Shown here piece after piece: positions 1 through 7,987 of a stretch of DNA of 49,751 nucleotides. The notes under the pieces were generated by a model. That model was given only the letters and a program-made list of their open reading frames with translations, was not told where the DNA came from and did no database searches. Source of the stretch: Promethearchaeati archaeon (GTDB taxonomy: Archaea > Asgardarchaeota > Heimdallarchaeia > JABLTI01); NCBI GenBank assembly GCA_013166835.1, contig JABLTI010000033.1, forward strand, positions 1 to 49,751. Reading direction: 5' to 3'. A program made the position numbers and the translations under genes. Numbering within the stretch: position 1 is the first letter of the stretch; every line of letters starts with the position of its first letter.

Positions 1-131
1 CCAACTGCTATGAGCAGCATATGCCACCATAGGATTGCTGGAACAGCAGCTAGAAAAGTGATGCCAATAATACCACCACTGCTAATGACTCCGCCGATTA
101 AGGCTCCGAGTAATATACTGCCAAAAGACAT
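1..131 (-). CDS. Gly-rich membrane protein, N-terminal part (runs off window edge)
   Basis: Not in ORF track. Reverse strand reads ATG(131) MSFGSILLGALIGGVISSGGIIGITFLAAVPAILWWHMLLIAV, with a GGTG SD-like motif upstream; resembles the N-terminus of 22792..23283. Confidence 0.7.
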   Translation of the reverse strand, partial: MSFGSILLGALIGGVISSGGIIGITFLAAVPAILWWHMLLIAV

Positions 132-293
132 AGTGTACACCGAATATCTTGAATTGTTTTAGCTCTACAAGTATTTAACATTTATTGAATGTTTAACAGC
201 TTATAGGGATATGATATTGTGGGACTCTATTATTAAAAAACCTTCTTTTTCGACATAAAGAAATAACGATAATAAAAAAAAGAGAAATTACTT

Positions 294-698
294 TTATTCA
301 ATAATTTCTAATTCTGTTTCCATAGGAATTTGTGTTTGATGGAATATAATATCAACAGCACAATTTTTCTCTGCAATATGTAATGCTTTTTCAAGTTTTA
401 CTTTTGAATCTTGAGATTTCACACAAACAGTAAGATGTATATCCGATAGATGAATATCATCTGATTTATTTGCTATAGCTTTTACCTCTAATTCTTCTAT
501 AGTGAGATGCATATGATCTGCAGTCATTTTGTATGTGGTACCTAGGCATGTCGCCAAAGCCATAACTGCCATTTCTAATGCAGTAGGAGCAGAATCTTCG
601 CCACCAAATTTAGGTGGAACATCAAGTTCAAAATAAGGATGCCTACCATCATCTACTCTGAACTTATACTTATCAATCCATTTACTTGTAATTTCCAT
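294..698 (-). CDS. OsmC/Ohr family protein
   Basis: GGEDSAPTALE...ALATC and second Cys in EKNCAV; GGAGG SD upstream. Confidence 0.9.
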   Translation of the reverse strand: MEITSKWIDKYKFRVDDGRHPYFELDVPPKFGGEDSAPTALEMAVMALATCLGTTYKMTADHMHLTIEELEVKAIANKSDDIHLSDIHLTVCVKSQDSKVKLEKALHIAEKNCAVDIIFHQTQIPMETELEIIE

Positions 699-933
699 AT
701 CGAGCCTCCAAGCTCTCTAAGATAATAACAACTCCATTTTTATTAATATTAATCATTTACTTTCTATTACTATCAGAATAATATTATAAAGAAAACAATG
801 AAAAACCATGTGAATTCTCTAACATTCTTAATTTTAAAATAAATTAAGATTCTTTTTTTTCAAATTTGTGCTGTTTTTTATGCATTTTCATTTAACAAAA
901 TATTTAATTTCTATGTTGTAAATAGAGAGAATT

Positions 934-1614
934 ATGACAGCTGAAGAAGTAGAATCTAAAGATAGAAGCGGCTTATATAATGCCATCGCATACACATTAA
1001 TTGTTTTTGGTCTATTATTGGTAATTGTCCCTGCTTTAATTGTACTAATTGAAAACTCATGGAATCTATCATCGATTACAATTGCAGATGTTGCTATTCT
1101 GTTTATTGTGTTATTCTTAATTGGCGCTGGTTTAGCAGTTTTAGGACTTATACTCTTAATAATTCTCATCTCCGTCGCTGCAAGCAAAAAACGCAAAATG
1201 GCTCCTAAGAAGGAGAAGAAGAAAAAGAAAGTGAAGAAAGTAAAAGAAGTCACCGAGGAAGAAGAAGAAGAAATTATGGAAGATGTCTTAGAAGAAGCTG
1301 TCGAAGATGCTTTAGAAGAGGCCATTGAAGAAGAAGTTGATGATACTGTTGATGAGGATGTAATCGAAGAGATCGCAGAAGAAATGGCTGAGGAAGTCAT
1401 TGAACTAGAACCCGAGGAGGAAGCAGTCGAAGAAGAAGTAGAGGAAGATGAACTCACAGAAGATGAAATCCTTGATGATATTGAGGAAGCATTAGAGGAT
1501 ATTGATGAAGAGGATGTAAAAGCTCACGTTGAAAAAGGTCCTGAAGAAGACATAGAAATCCCTGATATTCCAGATATTGATGAAGTCATTGAAGAAAATG
1601 AAGAAGCTGAATAA
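934..1614 (+). CDS. Two-TM membrane protein with Lys-rich linker and long acidic low-complexity tail
   Basis: Two hydrophobic helices, KKEKKKKKVKK, then about 120 aa dominated by E/D. Confidence 0.8.
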   Translation: MTAEEVESKDRSGLYNAIAYTLIVFGLLLVIVPALIVLIENSWNLSSITIADVAILFIVLFLIGAGLAVLGLILLIILISVAASKKRKMAPKKEKKKKKVKKVKEVTEEEEEEIMEDVLEEAVEDALEEAIEEEVDDTVDEDVIEEIAEEMAEEVIELEPEEEAVEEEVEEDELTEDEILDDIEEALEDIDEEDVKAHVEKGPEEDIEIPDIPDIDEVIEENEEAE

Positions 1615-1760
1615 GAAACTACTGAGACATAGGAATGAAAGCATAGTCATTAAATTACCTCTTTCCTTTTTTTATTATAAGTTACAAATTATTCAAATTA
1701 TACTAAAACTAGAAAAGTTGGATAAATATTGTATCTGTAATATACAACGTTGGTTTCCAT

Positions 1761-2303
1761 ATGAATAGTAAAAGTCCTAGTCGGTTCATTCTAAAGTCAA
1801 CAAATGAATTTGTGATATTATGGATGGTTTTAACACTAATATTCAATCTGGGATTATATCTAATAGTTCGATATCTGGTGGATCCAAGAGTACAAAATCT
1901 GAGTTTAACACCAGATAGAATTGAACTTTATTCAAAATTAGTTTGGGCTGGCTTAATTTTAATTATGTTCATTATATTCACAATAGTTTACCTATTAATT
2001 AGTGCTCCAAGATATTGGGTTGATGAGCAAGGTATCGAGATTAGAAGTATTTATCGAGCAAAGAAAAAGATTGCTTTTGATTTTGAAGAAATAACTGAAG
2101 TCGAAATCAGACAAATACCATTAATTTCAAGTGCTTTTAATTTCGGAACTCTTGTTTTTTATAAAACGGATCAAAATGAAAAGAAACGTGTTGCTTTCAG
2201 ATTTCTTGGTGTTAAATATCCAAAAGAAGTTTATCTTGAGATTATTGACAAGTTTGAGAATATAAAACAAAAAGAGATAACAGCTGAAGATTTACTCCTG
2301 TAA
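1761..2303 (+). CDS. Membrane protein with bacterial PH-like (bPH_2) domain
   Basis: Two TMs, then RYWVDEQGIEIR...FEEITEVEIRQ.PL...FNFGTL pattern typical of bPH_2. Confidence 0.75.
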   Translation: MNSKSPSRFILKSTNEFVILWMVLTLIFNLGLYLIVRYLVDPRVQNLSLTPDRIELYSKLVWAGLILIMFIIFTIVYLLISAPRYWVDEQGIEIRSIYRAKKKIAFDFEEITEVEIRQIPLISSAFNFGTLVFYKTDQNEKKRVAFRFLGVKYPKEVYLEIIDKFENIKQKEITAEDLLL

Positions 2304-3734
2304 ATCAGTAATTTTTCTCTTAAGTAATTTATTTCGTTTTCTTGCTCTAATTCTATCCAGAATTATCATTGGAAGTGAAATTACCGCTATCACTCCTGAA
2401 ACAATTAGAATTAATCGCCAATAATCGCCAAACGTTGGTAAGTCAAGTGATAAACGAAATTCATTTGTCCAAACACCACTGGAAAATCTAATTCTAAAAT
2501 ATAATTCATAATTTGAATGACGCAAGTCAAGCCAAAAGCAATGCAAATTACCCGCATTGTCGCATTTTATGAGTGGATCAATAGTGGGATTGTTGGCTAG
2601 TGATACTCTCTCACTTGGTTGCCAATCACTATAGCCAACTCGTTTCTGAATATCTATTCCTTGATGATAAGAATATAATTCTCTTATTTCGTAAGCTACC
2701 CACAGATTGTTATCCAAATCTAAAGCAACAGATGGTATTCTAGCATCAGATGCACCTCCAGGTGGGCGCTCTGGTGGTATATAAGGTGCTGTAAAGAGTG
2801 GATCACTCCATGTTCCAGTAAATGATTTCCTAATGGTTTGTATGTTCTGAGTTCCAAGTTCAACTCCAGGATTAATAACTGTATAATTACTCCAAAAGAT
2901 ATTGATATCATTGTATGGATCAATTATAATTTCTGGATATCGACACCTATTACTTCCGTCCGTCAGAACTTCAATTGGGTCCATTGTTCCATTCCAAAAA
3001 ATCTTACGATAAAGTATACGTTCTTGATTGAGGGGACCTTCTGACCAAACAAAATGAGCATTCCCTGAATCATCTAATACAAATTTACAATCAGTACTAT
3101 TACCACCAGTTGGACCTGTTAACTTTGTTGTATTGCTCCACATTCCAGATGTATTATTGTAAACGGAAAAAAACATTTTATACGAATCTTCAGAATTATC
3201 TCTCCAACAGAGCCAGAGATCTTCATTTGTTGTATTTCTTACTAAAACAGGATCTTGATACTCAAATGTCTCATTTAATTGAACAACATTACTGGACCAA
3301 GATTTGTTAGAATACGGTTTTTCCATCATCAAAAGGCCACTATCAGCAGCTGTACTATAAGCAAGAATTAATTGTAATTGATCCGAAGCAGCAACCAAAG
3401 TAGGTCTGCCAATAATATTCAATGTGCTATTTTCCTCTATCACAATACTTGAAGTCAAATTCCATATGAAATCAGCACCTGTTACAATATATTCAAGCGA
3501 GTTATGAATTTGTATTTGCTTATTGTAAACAACATGAATGTTATTTGTAGAATTAATAGCAACTGCATATGATTGTATTTGTGAAGTATCACCAGCATTT
3601 GGATAAAGGTTAATTTCTGATTGTAGTAAAGCATTACCAAATATAATGGAAATATTGCTGATTAATAGAAATAAAAAGAATAGGAGAAACCGTTTTTTAG
3701 TCATTCTCAACATATGCAAGAATATTAACTCCAA
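2292..3734 (-). CDS. Secreted beta-propeller (BNR/sialidase-like fold) protein with C-terminal TM anchor
   Basis: Signal peptide; repeated 'D..GN.H..W' blades; C-terminal TM plus basic tail. True start probably a few codons downstream (MLRMTKKR). Confidence 0.7.
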   Translation of the reverse strand: MELIFLHMLRMTKKRFLLFFLFLLISNISIIFGNALLQSEINLYPNAGDTSQIQSYAVAINSTNNIHVVYNKQIQIHNSLEYIVTGADFIWNLTSSIVIEENSTLNIIGRPTLVAASDQLQLILAYSTAADSGLLMMEKPYSNKSWSSNVVQLNETFEYQDPVLVRNTTNEDLWLCWRDNSEDSYKMFFSVYNNTSGMWSNTTKLTGPTGGNSTDCKFVLDDSGNAHFVWSEGPLNQERILYRKIFWNGTMDPIEVLTDGSNRCRYPEIIIDPYNDINIFWSNYTVINPGVELGTQNIQTIRKSFTGTWSDPLFTAPYIPPERPPGGASDARIPSVALDLDNNLWVAYEIRELYSYHQGIDIQKRVGYSDWQPSERVSLANNPTIDPLIKCDNAGNLHCFWLDLRHSNYELYFRIRFSSGVWTNEFRLSLDLPTFGDYWRLILIVSGVIAVISLPMIILDRIRARKRNKLLKRKITDLQE

Positions 3735-3853
3735 GATAACTTACGAATAAATAATCAAAATTACTTATAATAAACTCATTCATAAGTTCAAAAATCCCTT
3801 TTTCTTTGTTTTTGTGTCAATCAATTGAAGGTATACAAAAATGATGCCACCAA

Positions 3854-3867
3854 AGAAAGGTTCATAA
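3854..3867 (+). promoter_or_regulatory. Putative archaeal BRE/TATA promoter of surface-protein gene A
   Basis: AGAAAGGTTCATAA, 13/14 identical to AGAAAGATTCATAA (5569-5582) upstream of the paralog. Confidence 0.6.
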
Positions 3868-3931
3868 ATGGAATCCTCCCATCTGTCTATTATTCAATAA
3901 TTAATTGAATCTAATTATTAGGGTGAATAAA

Positions 3932-4843
3932 TTGAAAAAAATGTTAAAAGTTATTATACCATTAGCTTTGATTAGTCTTTTTCTCTCCACACAATTAGTA
4001 ACAGCAAATTTTGGTGTTGATATAGGTGATACTTTTACCTATGATTGTGTTGCTGCAGAAAGAACTATGACACTAGGATCAAATACTGGAACCGGTACAG
4101 GTTATACAGTAGATGGTCATGCATTTGCTGCAGGAACTTCTGTAGTGGTTGAAGTATTAGAGTTTGATGATTCGTTTTTTAATACAACTATCTACGAAAT
4201 CCAAGCTGGAAGCTATGTAGAAAATGGTTCTAGCAGTACTTTTGGATTCCAATTAGGTGGCTTATTAATGACTGTTTTTCCAATGATATTTGCATTCGTT
4301 TTTGTTGAAGAAAGCGATTGGAATCAAACAGAAGCAGAAGAAGCACCTGGAATTTTATTAGAACCTTTTGTTGAACCAGAAGCTGCTACATGGACTTTGT
4401 TTTCAGACTTCGCAGCAGAAGTACAAACTGGCACTTCATTGCTTTCTGACCCAGCTATGACTGGACTCTCAATTCAAGCTGAATACACAGATAGTGTTTC
4501 AGAATTCTTCTTTGAATCATATTTAACTGGAACTTACAATGACACATTAGACAATGGTACTCATACATATTTAATCAATTATGATGTGGATCATCATTTC
4601 CAATTTGCTTTCAACAAGGCAAATGGTGTTATGAAAGGAATGCATGTAGAAGGTACAATGGAGGGTACATCTAATAGTACTGTCATTGAGTTTTCTTACG
4701 ATATGCACACTGAACTCGCTGGTTATAATTTACCAAATTACCAATTTGCAGGCGGATTTATTCCTGGATTTGAATGGTTCTTGGTAATTCCTGCTCTAGG
4801 TCTTCTTGTTGCTTTACCAATTATAATAAGAAGGCGCAAATAG
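3932..4843 (+). CDS. GFIPGF-anchored surface protein, paralog A (choice-of-anchor S-like, from recall)
   Basis: Signal peptide, G.TFTYD.., WNQTE..GP, many N-x-S/T sequons, C-terminal GFIPGFEW + TM + RRRK. TTG 3932 follows a GGTGA SD (ORF track starts at 3905). Confidence 0.85.
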   Translation: MKKMLKVIIPLALISLFLSTQLVTANFGVDIGDTFTYDCVAAERTMTLGSNTGTGTGYTVDGHAFAAGTSVVVEVLEFDDSFFNTTIYEIQAGSYVENGSSSTFGFQLGGLLMTVFPMIFAFVFVEESDWNQTEAEEAPGILLEPFVEPEAATWTLFSDFAAEVQTGTSLLSDPAMTGLSIQAEYTDSVSEFFFESYLTGTYNDTLDNGTHTYLINYDVDHHFQFAFNKANGVMKGMHVEGTMEGTSNSTVIEFSYDMHTELAGYNLPNYQFAGGFIPGFEWFLVIPALGLLVALPIIIRRRK

Positions 4844-4856
4844 TTCTGAAAAAGAG

Positions 4857-4902
4857 TGCGTAGAAATTTTCTACGCATATTTTTCCTTTTTTTTTATTTT
4901 TT
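4857..4902 (+). terminator. Hairpin plus T-tract terminator
   Basis: TGCGTAGAA-ATT-TTCTACGCA followed by long oligo-T. Confidence 0.75.
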
Positions 4903-4977
4903 AGATTTTTTAGGCCATTTATCAACCATTGGTCGTGTATCTGGTGTTGCTAACCAACAGATTTCTTCATTGGGATA
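4894..4977 (-). pseudogene. Orphan 3'-end fragment of the M14 desuccinylase gene
   Basis: Encodes YPNEEICWLATPDTRPMVDKWPKKSKK*; 72/84 nt identical to 6542-6625 (YPNEEICWLASPDAQPMVDKWPKKSNK*). Confidence 0.9.
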
Positions 4978-5489
4978 GGAACCATAACTTGGAATCAAAC
5001 AGAGATAGAAATGGGTCCTGGATTAATGGGAATATACTTCTTAGAACCTGATGCTCTTAGCGAAATATTCGCTGAGCTTTCCAATGAAACCTATGTTTCC
5101 ACTCAATTTTCAGATTCTGAATATACTTTCAATCAAATCGGTGGTCAATTTGATAATACAACTACAATTGCAGTCTTTGATTGGGTACTAGATATGGATT
5201 ATGTAAATGCAACAGAAAGCACCAATTTCGGTGGCCTCTCAGACTCAAAATTGCTTTTAATACCAATACGGGACAAGTTAAAGGCTATAATTTTGACATG
5301 GATTACAGCGGAACTGTAGGAGGAACTACACGGCAAATCACCATGAATCAAAAAGTTGAAGAAGTCGGCTATGATATAGATGGATTCGCTTTTGGTGGTG
5401 GATTCATTCCAGGTTTCGAATAGTTTATAGCTATACCAGCACTTACAATTTTAGGCGCTATTGCTGTTATTGTTAGAAGACGAAAATAA
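4978..5489 (+). pseudogene. 5'-truncated, frameshifted GFIPGF surface-protein paralog B
   Basis: Starts mid-gene (GTITWNQTEIEMGPG); frameshift near 5235; TAG at 5421 in place of the conserved Trp of GFIPGFEW; then FIAIPALTILGAIAVIVRRRK* to 5489. Confidence 0.9.
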
Positions 5490-5501
5490 TTAATCATGAA
5501 T

Positions 5502-5540
5502 TTAGCGTAGAGAAATTAATCTACGCTAACTATTTTTTTT
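5502..5540 (+). terminator. Hairpin plus T-tract terminator
   Basis: TTAGCGTAGA-8nt-TCTACGCTAA then T8. Confidence 0.75.
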
Positions 5541-5568
5541 ATATTTAATCCTATTTAATTTATAAGCG

Positions 5569-5582
5569 AGAAAGATTCATAA
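5569..5582 (+). promoter_or_regulatory. Putative BRE/TATA promoter of surface-protein gene C
   Basis: AGAAAGATTCATAA, conserved with 3854-3867. Confidence 0.6.
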
Positions 5583-5630
5583 GTAAAAATTGATTTCTGT
5601 TATTATATTTAAAATTCTTAGGTGAAAGAT

Positions 5631-6488
5631 TTGAAAAAAATAATGAAAATAGGCATACCAATTCTACTTATAGTAATTATGCTTGCTCCTACCATGGTAA
5701 AAGGTAATTATAATGTGGCTGTTGGTAATTCCTTCACATATGATGTTGTTAAATCCAGTTGGGATGTAACAGCTGGTGCAAATTCAGCTTCCGCTAAAGG
5801 ATTTGCATTTGAAGAAATGAATTATGCTGAGAAAACACAGTTCATAGTTGAAGTAACTGCAGCAAGTGCTGCTGGTGTTGATTGGGATCAAACTGTAGGA
5901 TCCGTAACTTACGCTGGTAGTAATGGTGGATCTGACTTATTAGGAGTGTTCTTCTACATGTTTTATCCTTTATTATTAGCTGATATATCATCTGTCACAT
6001 GGAATCAAACAGAAATGGATTTAGGACCTGAACTATTCCCTGTATACTTTGTTGATCCACAGTTATATTCAGAATTCTTCTATGATTTCGCTAATGATAC
6101 CTATGTAACATCCTCAATATCAGATCCGGAATGGGTACTCACCACTATTGATGGAACTTTTGACAATTCTTCAGCAATAGCAGTTTTTGAATGGCATCTT
6201 GATATGACTTGGACTGATGCTGTATCCGGTCATAATTACGGCGGAACTTTTACTTTCATTTTTGCTTTTGATAAAACAACAGGTGCAACAAAAGGTTACT
6301 ATTTTGATGTGGATTATTCTGGACAAGTAGACTTTACAGCTATATCAATTAAACACACTCAAAGAGTAGAACAAGTTGGATACAATTTACCTGGTGTAGG
6401 TTTCATTCCTGGATTCGAATGGTTCTTAGTAATTCCTGCATTCGCTTTACTTGTTGGTATACCAGTTATAATTAAAAGACGGAAATAA
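5631..6488 (+). CDS. GFIPGF-anchored surface protein, paralog C
   Basis: Signal peptide, GNSFTYDVV, WNQTEMDLGP, GFIPGFEW+TM+KRRK. TTG 5631 follows GGTGA (ORF track starts at 5622). Confidence 0.85.
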   Translation: MKKIMKIGIPILLIVIMLAPTMVKGNYNVAVGNSFTYDVVKSSWDVTAGANSASAKGFAFEEMNYAEKTQFIVEVTAASAAGVDWDQTVGSVTYAGSNGGSDLLGVFFYMFYPLLLADISSVTWNQTEMDLGPELFPVYFVDPQLYSEFFYDFANDTYVTSSISDPEWVLTTIDGTFDNSSAIAVFEWHLDMTWTDAVSGHNYGGTFTFIFAFDKTTGATKGYYFDVDYSGQVDFTAISIKHTQRVEQVGYNLPGVGFIPGFEWFLVIPAFALLVGIPVIIKRRK

Positions 6489-6502
6489 TTCAAAAAAATA
6501 GA

Positions 6503-6543
6503 GTGTAGAATAACTTCTACACATTTTTTTTCTTTTTTTTTTT
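6503..6543 (+). terminator. Hairpin plus T-tract terminator between convergent genes
   Basis: GTGTAGAA-TAAC-TTCTACAC with T-tract downstream and A-tract upstream. Confidence 0.75.
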
Positions 6544-7804
6544 ATTTATTAGATTTCTTAGGCCATTTGTCAACCATAGGTTGGGCATCAGGTGAGGCTA
6601 ACCAACAAATTTCTTCATTTGGATATCTCAAAATTCCTTCATTTATCATGAAGACATACCCATCAACTTCTGTTTTAATTTCGGAATCATCTTTGATAGG
6701 TCGACCGAAAATATCTCGAGCAATAGCAACAACATCACCCTTTTTCACGAAATCTCCTTTCTTAATCTTGAGATCTATGATTGCCGATTTCTTTGTTCGA
6801 GGATGACCGATATATCTGACAGCTTCATTTTCAGCAATAACAGATACGGATGTTATTTTTTCTATACTTCCAGTCAACATTTTAGCCCATTTTAGAACAT
6901 TAAATACTCCTATTGTTGCTGCGTCAACGACTTCTGGTTCAATATCTAGATACATTCCAAGTTCCACAGTAAATGAAGGTATTCTTAGATAATTTAGTGC
7001 TGCACCTGAAGTTGATCGATGAAGTTTCTTTTGGATATATCTCGTTGGTGTTGTTTCGCGAACGATAGTTAGACCAAAAGCTCGTACCATTTCTTCTGTT
7101 CGATTGTAAAGATCTTCTGCTTTCTTCTTATCATCTTCTATATCAGGATTATACAGTACTCTATCAAGAAAACTAAATGGAATGGATTTTATGAACGCAT
7201 TATGTAAATCTAACAAATAATCAGCTGTTTCCTTTATTATCTCAAAAAGATTTTTCCAAATCAATTCTTGAACAGATGGATACAATTCCTCATTATCGAA
7301 TCTCGTCAAGGGATCTATAATATGGGATTCTTTGTCTTCTTGATCAACTGATATTTTCACTAATTTTTCAGTCTTAATGGATAATTCCTTTTCTTTTTTC
7401 TCTTCATCGACTGTTATTTCACTTGTTACTATTGTTTCTTCTTTTGGTTTTTCTTTGAATGGATTACCATCAGGAAAAAGTCTATTCGGATCTTTTCTAT
7501 CATAATATGGATATCTGGCTCTTACTCGAGAGCCTGCAGGATTTAGGGAAGGTATTGCTATTACAGTTCCTTTTAGTTCATCTAGATTTAAATTATCAAT
7601 AACTCGATGAATTACTGGAATTCCAGTGTATTCATTTCCATGAATGTTTCCAGTTAGCCACAACGTAGGACCAGATTTAGTTCCTTGGGCAATAATAACT
7701 GGTAATCTTTCAATTGTCCCTACTGGGTGTTCTAGAACTTCAAGATAATCATACACAATCTTACCTTCTACTCCTTGTATATTTCCAACTTTAATCTCCT
7801 TCAC
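6542..7804 (-). CDS. Succinylglutamate desuccinylase/aspartoacylase (M14) family metallohydrolase
   Basis: HGNE, DPNR, DLH and TVELG motifs; C-terminal beta domain; about 50-aa charged insertion after PNRLFP. Confidence 0.9.
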   Translation of the reverse strand: MKEIKVGNIQGVEGKIVYDYLEVLEHPVGTIERLPVIIAQGTKSGPTLWLTGNIHGNEYTGIPVIHRVIDNLNLDELKGTVIAIPSLNPAGSRVRARYPYYDRKDPNRLFPDGNPFKEKPKEETIVTSEITVDEEKKEKELSIKTEKLVKISVDQEDKESHIIDPLTRFDNEELYPSVQELIWKNLFEIIKETADYLLDLHNAFIKSIPFSFLDRVLYNPDIEDDKKKAEDLYNRTEEMVRAFGLTIVRETTPTRYIQKKLHRSTSGAALNYLRIPSFTVELGMYLDIEPEVVDAATIGVFNVLKWAKMLTGSIEKITSVSVIAENEAVRYIGHPRTKKSAIIDLKIKKGDFVKKGDVVAIARDIFGRPIKDDSEIKTEVDGYVFMINEGILRYPNEEICWLASPDAQPMVDKWPKKSNK

Positions 7805-7987
7805 AGTTTATTACTCCTATAGTTTAATTATCTTCAAGTTTAATATTATGAAGGTACTTTCTTTTAATGGTTTCTTCAATCAGCTTTATATCTTATTAAG
7901 AGGTTTCCAAGTTAAAGCAAAATTTTAATTTCATATGAAATTATGAAATATTAGATTAAATTATACATCTAAATTTGGTGGTAATAT

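Noticed and set aside
888-1457. 189-aa Ser-rich minus-strand ORF
   Set aside because: Antisense shadow of the GAA/GAT-rich acidic gene 934..1614.
5421-5423. TAG as possible pyrrolysine or readthrough codon
   Set aside because: The gene is also 5'-truncated and frameshifted; TGG>TAG decay is simpler and no pyl genes are seen.
4978-6488. DGR-like template/variable repeat pair among paralogs
   Set aside because: No reverse transcriptase in the window, and the differences are not adenine-specific.
4857-6522. GTAGA/TCTAC palindromes reminiscent of Cas12a CRISPR repeats
   Set aside because: Arm order is reversed, spacing is irregular (645 and 1000 bp), each follows a stop codon and precedes a T-tract, and no cas genes are present; terminators explain them.
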